In this document: positions 46,699 through 56,410 of the stretch, piece after piece
Position numbering within the stretch: the first letter of the stretch is position 1
Layout of the letters: every line of letters starts with the position of its first letter
Origin: an uncultured Chloroflexia bacterium
GTDB lineage: Bacteria; Chloroflexota; Limnocylindria; Limnocylindrales; CSP1-4
Assembly: GCA_963768655.1 (NCBI GenBank)
Contig: CAVYIM010000003.1
Coordinates: forward strand, 384,001-448,000
DNA: 64,000 bases
Direction of reading: 5' to 3'
The notes under the pieces: model-generated
The model's database searches: none
Seen by the model: the letters and a program-made list of their open reading frames with translations, nothing else
What the model was told of the DNA's origin: nothing
Translations under genes and position numbers: made by a program

Positions 46699-46760
46699 GG
46701 GCACATCGGCAGAGGGCCGGCGCCGCTCGTGTGGCACCCGCCGTGACCCGGGTCGGGCGC

Positions 46761-47675
46761 TCAGACGAAAGCGGCGGCGGCGTAGCCCACCGTTCGGCGC
46801 GGATCGCCGCCGGCGTCCGCGGAAGTGGCCTTGCCCAGCAGGACTCCCTTTGTCGCGCCCATCTGGGAGACGGCGGCCAGTGTGAAGCGGACCGGGTCGA
46901 TGCCGCACAGCCCACACACGAGCCCGGGCATGCCGGCCCGCAGCACGGCCCCCTCGAGGTCATCCAGGGCGTCGGCGTCGAGCTCGAGGAGCGGTACGAG
47001 GAGCCGATCGTCCACTTCCTCGCAGATTCGGGCCGGCGGATAATGGGCGAGGTCGGAGCTGGCGATCAGGATGATTCGGTCGCCGGTGGAACGGAGCTCG
47101 GCCAGCAGGCGGCCGAGCCGCTCCCCTGCGTCGGTGTGAGCCTGCAGCCTCGGGCTGACGGCGAGTGGCACGATCCGCACCCCCGGACAGGCCCGCACCA
47201 GGAGCGGCAGCTGGACCTCGATGGAGTGCTCGGCAAGGTGCGCGCTGTCGTCGGGCGCGAATGGCGGCCCGAGGTCGGCGCATCGCAGCGCCACATCGCG
47301 GTCCACGGGCACCTCTCCGAGTGGCGTCTGCCACGGCCCGCCGGTCCAGACCCCGACGCCGGCAGCCGAGGCCTGATGATCCGTTCCGGCGACCACGACC
47401 GTCGTCGGCGCCATCTTGCCGACGAGATCCCACGTCAGGGCGGCGATGACGCCCGAGTAGACCAGCCCCGCGTGAGGTACGAGCCCGCCCACGACGGACT
47501 CCGGGTCCACCCCGGCGGGCCGTGCGGCGGCCGAGGCACCGACGAGAAGCATCTCGACCAGCCGGCCCAGGCGTTCCGGCTCGGACGGGTAGAAGCTGCC
47601 CGCCACCGCGGCCGGGCGTGGGCGCGGCGGACGGATGTCGGGCGGGCGAACGTGCGGTCGCTGCCGCTCGCTCAC
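46761..47675 (-). CDS. amrB: AmmeMemoRadiSam system protein B (MEMO1 family)
   Basis: RPAAVAGSFYP, VPHAGLVYSG, W.TPLG, EHSIEVQLP, SSDLAHY, LCG, VGYA; GTGA coupling to amrS. Confidence 0.92.
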   Translation of the reverse strand: MSERQRPHVRPPDIRPPRPRPAAVAGSFYPSEPERLGRLVEMLLVGASAAARPAGVDPESVVGGLVPHAGLVYSGVIAALTWDLVGKMAPTTVVVAGTDHQASAAGVGVWTGGPWQTPLGEVPVDRDVALRCADLGPPFAPDDSAHLAEHSIEVQLPLLVRACPGVRIVPLAVSPRLQAHTDAGERLGRLLAELRSTGDRIILIASSDLAHYPPARICEEVDDRLLVPLLELDADALDDLEGAVLRAGMPGLVCGLCGIDPVRFTLAAVSQMGATKGVLLGKATSADAGGDPRRTVGYAAAAFV

Positions 47676-48721
47676 TGCCGGGCCTCCGGCCTGCCCCATT
47701 CGGCCAACCCGACCCCCGCCAGAGAGTGGCCGCAGCGCGCGCACCGACCCTCGACCAGGGCCGCTCGAACCGACGTGAATCCGCGGCGCCGGATTAGCGT
47801 CTCGCCGCATTCAGCGCAGCGTGTGTCCTCGTCGCCGTCGGCGAGATTGCCCGAGTAGACGTGGCGCAGGCCCGCCGCGCGGCCCACCTCGACCGCCCGC
47901 CGGATCGTGGCAGATGGTGTCGGGTCGAGGTCGGTGAGCCTGTACGTAGGGAAGAAGCGGCTCACGTGCCAGGGCGTCTCGGGCCCCAGCTCGCGCACAA
48001 TCCAGCCGGCCAGCGTGGCCAGCTCATCGGGGTCGTCGTTGAGCCCCGGGATCAAGAGTGTCGTCACTTCGACCCAGATGCCTCGCCGGCGCATCCCCAC
48101 GAGAGTTTCGAGGACCGGAGCCAGACGCGCGCCGACGATGCGCCGGTAGAAGCGATCGTTGAACGATTTCAGATCCACGTTGGCGGCCTGAATCAGCGGC
48201 ACCAGAACGTCCAGGGCCTCGGGCGTCTGATAGCCGTTGGTGACCAGGATGTTGGCCAGGCCGGCCGGAATGGCCAGTCGGGCAGTCTCGACCACGTACT
48301 CGATGAAGACCGTCGGCTCGGTGTAGGTGTACGCGACGCTGCGCGACCCGGCGGCCACGGCGGCAGCCACGACCGCCTCGGGAGGCAGATGGAACGCGCC
48401 GACGTTCCGGCCATCCCGTTCGGCCTGGGAGATCGTCCAGTTCTGGCAGTGCAGGCAGTGGAAGTTGCAGCCCCGTGTCGCGATCGAGTAAGCGACGCTG
48501 CCGGGGTAGACGTGGAAGAGCGGCTTCTTCTCGATGGGGTCGGCGTTGGCGGCCACGGCCTGCCCGAACACAGTCGTCACCAGGTGGCCATCGCGGTTCT
48601 CCCGCACGCGGCAGATCCCCGCCCGGCCGGGCCGGATGAGGCAGCGATGGGCGCAGGCTACGCAGCGGGTCGCGCCATCGGCCTCGGCGAGACCGAGGAG
48701 GGCGGGGCTGGCGGCGGTCAT
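47672..48721 (-). CDS. amrS: AmmeMemoRadiSam system radical SAM enzyme
   Basis: C..C.H.C..G.CRVR, DPIEKKPL, CNFHCLHCQNW, YTYTEP, WVEVTTL, H.SRFFP. Confidence 0.94.
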   Translation of the reverse strand: MTAASPALLGLAEADGATRCVACAHRCLIRPGRAGICRVRENRDGHLVTTVFGQAVAANADPIEKKPLFHVYPGSVAYSIATRGCNFHCLHCQNWTISQAERDGRNVGAFHLPPEAVVAAAVAAGSRSVAYTYTEPTVFIEYVVETARLAIPAGLANILVTNGYQTPEALDVLVPLIQAANVDLKSFNDRFYRRIVGARLAPVLETLVGMRRRGIWVEVTTLLIPGLNDDPDELATLAGWIVRELGPETPWHVSRFFPTYRLTDLDPTPSATIRRAVEVGRAAGLRHVYSGNLADGDEDTRCAECGETLIRRRGFTSVRAALVEGRCARCGHSLAGVGLAEWGRPEARQ

Positions 48722-48848
48722 CGCTCGAGCGGGCAGGAGTCCAGGGGCTCCTGGCCGGGAGCTTGCCGGTTGGGAGATGGTCGGTCGCACGGCGACTCCT
48801 CGATGCCATGCTGGATTCGGCACGGTCCCGGCGAAAGGGCCGAACGGC

Positions 48849-49742
48849 TCAGCTTCTGGTCTCGAACCGGCGGGCAGGCTGGACGATGGGCCGGACCTTC
48901 CACGAACAGCTCGTCGTCGCCGTCAGGCTCTCGCCGGCGAGGAGCGTGACCAGGCCCGTGTCATCCTGGCCGGCGCCCGCGAGTCGGATCGAGTCCGGCC
49001 ACGCGGTCGCCAGTTCAACTGCCACGGCCTGCGGGTGCGTACGCACCGCCACGACGCCGACCGGCCTGGCGAATGACACGGTGAGCTCAATGTCCGGCCA
49101 CGTGACCACGACCGGCGACCGAACCGCGGCGTAGACGTCGTCGAGGCGATGCCCGGCCAGGCTCGGACCGGCGCGAAGGTCGGTCCGGCGGTCGACCGGG
49201 ATCAACTCGCCGGTGGGGATGAGATCGGGCTTGAGCGCCAGCGACGTGTCGCTCTGGACGGCGACGCAGAGATGGCCGCCCGGATTGCGGAACCACGGGT
49301 GCCACCCGACCGCGGCGGGCATCGGCTCGTCGGCGGCGATCTCCGCCTCGAAGCGCATCAGACCTCTGGCGATCGCGATCCGCTGCGTCACCGTGCCGCG
49401 GAACGGCCACTTGTTCGGGTCCAGCGGGCAGGAGAGTGACACCGACGCGGCGGTCCGCGACGTAACCGTCCATTCGGAATCGAAGACGGCACCCTGGATC
49501 GAGTGGCGGCCGCCGTTGAGGCGCAGTCGGACCTTGCGACCGCCCCAGTCAACCAGGCCCCGCTGGACTCGGCCGACGAACGGCGCCATCACGTAGCAAC
49601 CCCAGCCCAGCGCCGGGGCGACGCCGACGGCAGGCTCGACGAGGAGCCGTTCGCGTCCCGCCATCACCCACGAGGCGAGCCGGCCCCCTGCCGAGGTGTC
49701 GATCGAGACCCCGTCGATCTCGTCCCCGATCTTGACGATCAT
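48849..49742 (-). CDS. Aldose 1-epimerase (galactose mutarotase)-like protein
   Basis: WGCYVMAPFVGRV, WPF.G, GWHPWF, IPTG, LDDVY. Confidence 0.82.
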   Translation of the reverse strand: MIVKIGDEIDGVSIDTSAGGRLASWVMAGRERLLVEPAVGVAPALGWGCYVMAPFVGRVQRGLVDWGGRKVRLRLNGGRHSIQGAVFDSEWTVTSRTAASVSLSCPLDPNKWPFRGTVTQRIAIARGLMRFEAEIAADEPMPAAVGWHPWFRNPGGHLCVAVQSDTSLALKPDLIPTGELIPVDRRTDLRAGPSLAGHRLDDVYAAVRSPVVVTWPDIELTVSFARPVGVVAVRTHPQAVAVELATAWPDSIRLAGAGQDDTGLVTLLAGESLTATTSCSWKVRPIVQPARRFETRS

Positions 49743-49929
49743 CGCCTGTCTCTTTGGCCCCTTGTCCTGCGAGCACCGGCGGCGAAGGCGCTCGGTTTGC
49801 ACCCATGGTAGCGATTGCCCGCGAGAACCCGCGCGGCCTTCTCGCCCCGCAGCGCCGGAAGATCGCGCCATTCGACTCTGGCGCGATCGGCTCCAGAGCC
49901 TAGCCTCGTCACGGGAGGCAGAGCAGCCG

Positions 49930-50490
49930 ATGCAAACACTGTCGCCGTCTGATCGTAAACAGTTGCTCGACCTGGCGCGGGCCACGGTCGAGTCAACCGC
50001 CAGGCGTGATCCGAGGCCTGCACTCGATCCGGCTGCCGTCACGCCAGGGCTGGCGGCCCCTTCAGCGGCGTTCGTGACCCTCCACGAGGGAGGGCAGCTG
50101 CGCGGCTGCATCGGGATGATGCGCTACGACGTGCCGCTCTGGATCAACGTGCGCGATTCGGCGGTCGCCGCGGCGCGAGACGATCCTCGCTTCGAGCCTG
50201 TCGCGCCGTCCGAGCTGCCCGGCATAGAGATCGAGATATCCGTGCTGGAGCCGCCGATTCCAATTCCGGACCCGGCCCTGTTCGAGGCAGGGCGCCACGG
50301 CATCGTCGTCGAACGGGGCGGTGCTCGCGCCCTGCTGCTGCCTCAGGTCGCGCCGGAGATGGGCTGGGGCGGCCCCGAGATGCTCGAGGCCGTCTGCCGC
50401 AAGGCCGGCCTCAGGCCCGACGCCTGGCGCGATCCTGGTACGCGACTGTCCGTCTTCGAGTCCGTCTGCTTCAGCGCGGAAGAGGGCTGA
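49930..50490 (+). CDS. amrA: AmmeMemoRadiSam system protein A (AMMECR1 family)
   Basis: AFVTL..LRGCIG, DPRF, EISVL, GRHG, LLPQVA, C.KAGL. Confidence 0.93.
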   Translation: MQTLSPSDRKQLLDLARATVESTARRDPRPALDPAAVTPGLAAPSAAFVTLHEGGQLRGCIGMMRYDVPLWINVRDSAVAAARDDPRFEPVAPSELPGIEIEISVLEPPIPIPDPALFEAGRHGIVVERGGARALLLPQVAPEMGWGGPEMLEAVCRKAGLRPDAWRDPGTRLSVFESVCFSAEEG

Positions 50491-50513
50491 AGGCGCGATT
50501 CCGCGAGGCGAGG

Positions 50514-50533
50514 TCTTCAGGGGCTCTTCAGGG
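50514..50533 (+). promoter_or_regulatory. 11-bp-period direct repeat (OmpR-family operator candidate) upstream of htrA
   Basis: TCTTCAGGG-gc-TCTTCAGGG. Confidence 0.6.
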
Positions 50534-50599
50534 TTGGACCCAACTATGAGGACCGATCGAGATGCCCGGAATGCGTGGCATCGACTGGAGGTCCGAATC

Positions 50600-51730
50600 G
50601 TGTTCGCTAGTGATCAGCGTTCCACGCGTCGCGTGGGCGCGCTCTCAGCTCTTCTGGTGTCACTGATCCTCGTTGTTGCTGCCTGCGCGTCGTCGGCAAC
50701 AGGCAAGTCGGACACGCTCGTGGGCAGCGCCGTCGGCGCCAATCCCAGCACTATTCCGGTTGCGCTGGCCGCCCCGACCGCGACACCCACGGCGACGCCC
50801 GTGGTCGGGTCTTCGACGGCGTCCAACTCCGCCGCCGTCGATGCCGGGTCTCTCCAGGCCGCAATGGTGTCGGTCATCAAGCAGGTCACGCCGTCCGTGG
50901 TCGTCATCGAAACCGACTCCGGACTCGGCTCCGGCGTCATCTACAACGCAGCCGGGGACATCGTCACCAACTACCACGTGGTCGGGACATCGACGACGTT
51001 CAAGGTCACTCTCTCCAACGGCAAGTCCTACGACGGCACGCTGGTCGGAAGCTACCCCCCGGATGACATAGCCGTGGTCAAGATCACCGCCCCGGGTCTG
51101 ACGCCGGCAGTCTTCGGCGACTCCAGCCAGCTGTCGGTGGGCGACGTCGTACTGGCGATGGGCAACCCGCTCGGCCTTCAGTCGAGCGTCACCGAAGGGA
51201 TCGTCAGCGCTCTCGGCCGGCAGGTGTCGGAGCCGAACGGCTACACCCTGCCCGACGTGATCCAGACCAGCGCCGCCATCAACCCCGGCAACAGCGGCGG
51301 CGCGCTCGTCGACCTCGAAGGTCAGGTCATCGGCATCCCGACACTGGCCGCGACGGATCCGCAGATCGGTGGTAGCGCTCCCGGAATCGGCTTCGCGATC
51401 TCCAGCAACCGCGCCCGGACCATTGCCGATCAGCTGATCGCCACTGGGTCCGTCACCAACTCCGGACGTGCCTACCTGGGCGTCGAGATCATGGATACCA
51501 CCAATGGCGTTGGCGTCTACTCCGTCACCGCCGGCGGGCCGGCCGCAACGGCCGGCATCAAGGCCGGCGACCTGATCCTGTCGATCAACGGGCAGGCCAC
51601 ACCGGATTCGTCCACGCTCTCCGGGATCCTGGCCACCCTCAAGCCGGGGACCGTGGCCAAGGTCGTCGTCCAGCATTCGGACGGAACCAAGGCGACTTAT
51701 TCCGTGACTCTTGGCCAGCTGCCTGGCTGA
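50600..51730 (+). CDS. htrA: HtrA/DegP-like serine protease with PDZ domain, lipoprotein
   Basis: Lipobox VAAC; GSG, TNYHVV, DIAVV, IQTSAAINPGNSGG; PDZ AYLGV..GIKAGDLI; SD GGAGG. Confidence 0.92.
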   Translation: MFASDQRSTRRVGALSALLVSLILVVAACASSATGKSDTLVGSAVGANPSTIPVALAAPTATPTATPVVGSSTASNSAAVDAGSLQAAMVSVIKQVTPSVVVIETDSGLGSGVIYNAAGDIVTNYHVVGTSTTFKVTLSNGKSYDGTLVGSYPPDDIAVVKITAPGLTPAVFGDSSQLSVGDVVLAMGNPLGLQSSVTEGIVSALGRQVSEPNGYTLPDVIQTSAAINPGNSGGALVDLEGQVIGIPTLAATDPQIGGSAPGIGFAISSNRARTIADQLIATGSVTNSGRAYLGVEIMDTTNGVGVYSVTAGGPAATAGIKAGDLILSINGQATPDSSTLSGILATLKPGTVAKVVVQHSDGTKATYSVTLGQLPG

Positions 51731-51864
51731 TCCGGGTTTCAGACCCAGCTTCGTTCGGTGAGCGCGCCTTCGGGCGCGCTCACTGGCTTTCGGAGTGCCG
51801 GCGCCCGCCACGCGCCTCCCGCCGTCAGCCGGTCGCTGGCCGTTAGCCGCCCCGCCGCCCGCCG

Positions 51865-53142
51865 TCAGCCGGCCGAATGGATCGGCAGTTCGATGCGGAT
51901 GGCGGTGCCGCCCTCCGCCGGGCGTTCGGCGCGGATCGTGCCGCCGTGGGCCTCGACGAGGCGGCGTGCGATCGCCAGTCCGAGACCCGAGCCGCGCAAT
52001 TCGGCCGACTTGGCGAAGCGGTCGAACAGGTGTGGCAGCACCTCCGGCGCAATGCCGGGCCCGCGGTCCACGACCGAGAGCGTGACGCGATCGGCGCCAC
52101 CTTCCGCGGAGACGAGGACGTCGCTGCCGGCTGGGGCATACCGCAGCGCGTTGGCGACGACGTTGCCCAGTACCTGGCGGATGCGCAGCGGGTCGAGCTC
52201 CACGAGCGGCAGGTCGTCGGGCATCGCCACGCGCAGATGCGCCCCGGCCCCGGCCGCAATGGACTCGAACGAGGTGGCGACGTCCTGCACGAGGACCGAC
52301 AGGTCGGTCGTCTCGCGGTGAAGGGGGAGGGTGCCGGCCTCCGCGAGCGCCAGCGTCCGGAGATCCTCGACGAGTCCGGTCAGCATCCGGATCTCCTCCA
52401 CCGCGGCCGAAAGGTGCGCCTCGTCGGTCGGGTGGACACCATCGATCATCGCCTCGAGCTCGCCCTGCAGGACCGCCAGCGGCGTCCGCAGCTCGTGGCT
52501 CACGTCGGCGAGCAGGGTGCGGCGCTGGCGCTCGTCCTCCTCGAGTCGGGCGGCCATGGCGTTGAAAGCCTGAACCACCGCCCGGAGCTCGCGTGGGCCG
52601 TGGGCGTAGGCGGGGACCCGGGCCGAATAGTCGCCAGCCTCCAGGCGGCCGGCCGCCTCGATGAGATCGCCGAACGGAAGGGCGAAGCGTCGCGCGCTGC
52701 TGGCGGTTCCGGCGATGGCCACTATGAGGAAGATCAGGACCCCGGCGGCCAGCAGGCCCGTGCTCGCGCCCGGCAGGCCCAGGGCGGTCAGGATCAGGGT
52801 CAGGACGATCAGCGGGCCGACGATGATCAGAACGAACAGGAGGAAGACGAGGATCGCGAAGCGGATGAAGAAGCGCCGTCTTACGCGGTGCCAGGGGAAC
52901 TCGCCCTGCGGCGGCCACGGCTCGTCGGCGGGCCACCAGCCGGGCCGTGCGCGACGCTGGGCGCGCCACTGTCGGCGCGCCGCCCGCAGACGCTCTCGTT
53001 CCGTGAGGATTCGGTCGCCGCGGTGCGGGTCTCCGTGGCCGGGCCTGCGGCTCGGGCGGCCGTGGCCTCCACCGAGCGGCGGCTCGGCCCGCCATCGATC
53101 CTCGCTCGTGCTGTCCGGCCCGTCGCCGGCCGGACCGGTCAC
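51865..53142 (-). CDS. HAMP-domain sensor histidine kinase (BaeS-like)
   Basis: Two TM helices with a short loop, HAMP, SHELRTPL, NALRY, DRGPGI, GSGLGL. Confidence 0.93.
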   Translation of the reverse strand: MTGPAGDGPDSTSEDRWRAEPPLGGGHGRPSRRPGHGDPHRGDRILTERERLRAARRQWRAQRRARPGWWPADEPWPPQGEFPWHRVRRRFFIRFAILVFLLFVLIIVGPLIVLTLILTALGLPGASTGLLAAGVLIFLIVAIAGTASSARRFALPFGDLIEAAGRLEAGDYSARVPAYAHGPRELRAVVQAFNAMAARLEEDERQRRTLLADVSHELRTPLAVLQGELEAMIDGVHPTDEAHLSAAVEEIRMLTGLVEDLRTLALAEAGTLPLHRETTDLSVLVQDVATSFESIAAGAGAHLRVAMPDDLPLVELDPLRIRQVLGNVVANALRYAPAGSDVLVSAEGGADRVTLSVVDRGPGIAPEVLPHLFDRFAKSAELRGSGLGLAIARRLVEAHGGTIRAERPAEGGTAIRIELPIHSAG

Positions 53143-53825
53143 TCCGGCTCCTCGGCGAAGCGGTAGCCGACGCCGTAGACCGTCTGGACGTAGCGCGGCC
53201 GGCTCGGGTCCGGCTCGAGCTTGCGGCGCAGGTTCTTCACGTGGGCGTCGATCGCCCGCTCGTACGACTCGAAAGCGAGGCCGTGGATAGCGTCGAGCAG
53301 CTGCGAGCGGGTGAAGATGCGACCGGGCTGTCGAGCCAGGGCAACCAGCAGCTGAAACTCGGTCGGAGTTAGCTCGACGGTCCGCCCTTCGACCTCGACC
53401 CGCATTCGAGTGATGTCGATCGAGACGCCCGAGGCCACGATTCGATCGCCCGGTTCCGTTGCCCGGTCGATCCGTCGCAGGATCGCCCGAATCCTGGCCA
53501 CGAGCTCACGCGGGCTGAACGGCTTGGTCACGTAGTCGTCCGCGCCGATCTCCAGGCCGAGCACGCGATCCAGCTCGTCGTCGCGGGCGGTGAGCATCAC
53601 GATCGGCACCGAGGACTCGCGGCGCAGCGTACGAGCCACGTCCAGGCCGTCCATCCCGGGCAGGCCCAGGTCCAGGACCAGGACGTCGGGCTTCTGAGTG
53701 CGCGCGGCCCTCAACGCCGACGGTCCGTCGACCGCCGTCAGCACGGCGAAGCCGGCATGCTCGAGGTAGTCGCGAGCAAGCTCCACGATGCGCGGTTCGT
53801 CGTCGACGACCAGGACGGTTCTCAC
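53139..53825 (-). CDS. OmpR-family response regulator
   Basis: VVDDE, LDLGLP, GADDYVTKPFS, LTPTEF, TVYGVGY. Confidence 0.95.
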   Translation of the reverse strand: MRTVLVVDDEPRIVELARDYLEHAGFAVLTAVDGPSALRAARTQKPDVLVLDLGLPGMDGLDVARTLRRESSVPIVMLTARDDELDRVLGLEIGADDYVTKPFSPRELVARIRAILRRIDRATEPGDRIVASGVSIDITRMRVEVEGRTVELTPTEFQLLVALARQPGRIFTRSQLLDAIHGLAFESYERAIDAHVKNLRRKLEPDPSRPRYVQTVYGVGYRFAEEPE

Positions 53826-53965
53826 GGCGGTCTCATCGTACGGCGCGGCGTAACGAGACGGTGGCCACGCCGATCAGGAGCCCGGCGCGGCAGAGGCGCG
53901 GGTCAGGAGCCCGGCACGCCGGACTCCTGACTTCCGGCCCTCGTTCGCCGCGGGTATGGACCCGC

Positions 53966-54442
53966 TCAGCGAGATTCCCCGCCGATGGGGGAGCCGGCGG
54001 TCGCGGTCGGTCCAGCGGGGGAGCCGCCAGGCGTCTGGCCCGACTGCTCTTCGTGCGCGCGGCGATGCCACTCGTCGAACGCGGCCCGGCGGGCCGCGTG
54101 CCAGGGTCCGCCGTGCCAGCGCTCTTCGCGCCAGCCCGGTCCAGCCGGGTCGCCGGGTCCACCCGGGCCGCCTCGGCCGCGGCGGTCCCAGCCGCGGTAG
54201 GCGTGGCCCCAGAACGCGAACCGCAGCACCCGGAAGATCACCATCAGGATGAGGACCGCGACGATCAGGCCGACGATGCCGGAGACGCCGAAGGCGCCGC
54301 CGGACACCCACGGCGAGACGTTCGTCGCGCTCGTCCCGGCGCCGGCCACAAAGCCGGCGCTGTAGGCGCCAGCCGTCAACCCGGCGATCACACCGATCAC
54401 CAGCAGAGTGCCAAGAAGGCGAAAGCCGCCTCCAATTCTCAT
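53966..54442 (-). CDS. Small membrane protein with Gly/Trp/His-rich C-terminal tail
   Basis: SD AGGAG; two hydrophobic segments; tail GPGWREERWHGGPWH..FDEWHRRAHE. Confidence 0.7.
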   Translation of the reverse strand: MRIGGGFRLLGTLLVIGVIAGLTAGAYSAGFVAGAGTSATNVSPWVSGGAFGVSGIVGLIVAVLILMVIFRVLRFAFWGHAYRGWDRRGRGGPGGPGDPAGPGWREERWHGGPWHAARRAAFDEWHRRAHEEQSGQTPGGSPAGPTATAGSPIGGESR

Positions 54443-54534
54443 TTCATCTCCTATCGGTGCGCACCCGAGTCGGACGGTCTGCTTGCTGGCCGGGTGCGCC
54501 TGGCCAACATCGACTATCAGGCTGAGCGGCGGCT

Positions 54535-54550
54535 GTGAAGGAGTCGTGAA
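54535..54550 (-). promoter_or_regulatory. TTCAC-N6-TTCAC direct repeat (OmpR-family operator candidate)
   Basis: GTGAA at 54535-54539 and 54546-54550, about 95 nt upstream of the membrane protein/TCS genes. Confidence 0.5.
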
Positions 54551-54736
54551 TGCCGGCCGGAGGAGTGGTGACAACGGCGGGCGGTGGTCGAAAGCGTGAT
54601 CCTGCCGCGCGCGGCAGGATGGGCGTCGGCCGCCGGGCCCAGTGAGGCGGAATGCGACGGTCGCCGCCCTGGCCCGGTCGATGCCTCTCGAGAAGTTGAG
54701 CGTCGAGGTCGCGGGCGCCGGGATCGCTCGCTCGGG

Positions 54737-56410
54737 TCAGGCCACGTCGCGCCGCGTCATGCCCCACGCGCCGAGCAAGACCCCGCCCACGGCGATGACG
54801 ACGCACGCTACGATCCCGGCAGGATCCCAGATGCCGATCATCGGCTTGCCCATGTGAGCCGTCAGAGCGAGCTGGTGGACCCAGTCCGGCAGCCGCAGCG
54901 CCGGCGCCAGCAGGTCGATCAGGAACGTGGCCGTGACCACGACCGATGTGATCTCCGCGGCGAGCGACGTCCGCCAGAGACCGCCAACGGCGATGCCCAC
55001 GCCCACCATCGCAGCGGCATACAGGCCCAGGACCAACGTGCCCGACACGGCGCCACCGGTCTGAATGCCGGCTGACGCGGCGCCGAGGCCGATCCCCAGC
55101 GCGAGTCCCGCGGTCAAGATGACTATCGCGGCGAAGGCCCCCAGGCCGCCGCCGATGACCCAGCGACTGCGGGCAAGAGGCGTGCCCAGGAGCATCTCCA
55201 GTCGGCCTTCAGTCTCGTCGGATGCCCACTTGGCCACCAGAGTCGCGCCAGCGTACCCGGCGATGATGAACAGCATTTGAGCGTAGAGCTGCAGGAAGTC
55301 GCCGGCCCTGGAGAGGTCGTAGCCGGGAAACATGGTGTTGATGATGTCTCTGAAGCTGGGCGTCGAGGCCATCTGGCTGGACAGCGAGCCGACCATGGCC
55401 GCCAGCACCGCTCCGAAGAGACCCAGGCCAACGCCCCAGGCCAGCGCTCGCGGCAACTGGTCGCCAAAGGCGCGGCGCGCAGGGCCGCCGACGCCGAGCG
55501 TCGCGGCGGGCAGCCCGGGGGCGGAGAGGCCGGCGGTCACCCCGAGGTCTCGTCGCGCGAATATCTCCACTCCGGCCACGAGAAGGATCGCCGCCACCAC
55601 GCCGACCAGCGCGAGCGCGGGCCAGTCGTACTGGCCGACCAGCGCGACGTGGTTTGCCGTCCAGTGGAAGGGGCTGAAGAAGGCGATGGGGGCGAGCGCG
55701 GAGTAGCCGTTCGACACCCACGAGACGACCAACGCCGCACCGGCGACCCCCGCTGATCCGGAGCGACCCAGGAGCGGGGCCAGCGCAAATGCCAGTCCGC
55801 CGAAGGCGAGGCCGATGAAGCCGACCCACAGCGCGAAGCCGACTGCGGAGAGGGGCGGGATCGCATCGCCCAGGGAGGCGTCGCCGTAGATAGTGGCGCC
55901 GACCCATGCGCAGACGGCGAGGATGGCCATGGCCAGCCCCACCATCGTCAGATGCGCAGTCAGCTTCTCGATTGCCAGTCGCCGCTTGCCGAACGGGGCC
56001 GAGGCGACGAAGTCCAGGCTTCCCCTGTTGGCTTCACCGGCCAGCGTCCCTGACAGGGCCAGGATGGACCAGAGCCCGGTCCCCAGGGCAAAGAACGGTC
56101 CGTACTTCCAGCTCATCACGCCGCCCAGGGTCCCCACCTTGACGGGGTTGCCGAAGAGGCCGGACATGGATGATGGGATGGTGGCGATGAGCTTGTCGAC
56201 TTCCAGGCGCGACTCGGGGGTCGGGAAGACGCTTCCCACCGCCGCCGCAGCCACGAGCATCATCCCGCCCAGAACCCCGGCGGCGATGATGAAGGCCAGG
56301 CGCGAGTCGCGAATGGTCTTGCCATAGATGCTGCCGAAGCCGTAGAGACGGCTCCACGCCGAAATGTGCGCGACCCGCCGAAGCGGCGGGCTGCCTGCCT
56401 GGACGGCCAT
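54737..56410 (-). CDS. ABC-2 type exporter permease (duplicated halves)
   Basis: Two repeats of E..G.L..L..P..R (GEANRGSLDF, DETEGRLEML); about 12 TM helices. Confidence 0.88.
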   Translation of the reverse strand: MAVQAGSPPLRRVAHISAWSRLYGFGSIYGKTIRDSRLAFIIAAGVLGGMMLVAAAAVGSVFPTPESRLEVDKLIATIPSSMSGLFGNPVKVGTLGGVMSWKYGPFFALGTGLWSILALSGTLAGEANRGSLDFVASAPFGKRRLAIEKLTAHLTMVGLAMAILAVCAWVGATIYGDASLGDAIPPLSAVGFALWVGFIGLAFGGLAFALAPLLGRSGSAGVAGAALVVSWVSNGYSALAPIAFFSPFHWTANHVALVGQYDWPALALVGVVAAILLVAGVEIFARRDLGVTAGLSAPGLPAATLGVGGPARRAFGDQLPRALAWGVGLGLFGAVLAAMVGSLSSQMASTPSFRDIINTMFPGYDLSRAGDFLQLYAQMLFIIAGYAGATLVAKWASDETEGRLEMLLGTPLARSRWVIGGGLGAFAAIVILTAGLALGIGLGAASAGIQTGGAVSGTLVLGLYAAAMVGVGIAVGGLWRTSLAAEITSVVVTATFLIDLLAPALRLPDWVHQLALTAHMGKPMIGIWDPAGIVACVVIAVGGVLLGAWGMTRRDVA

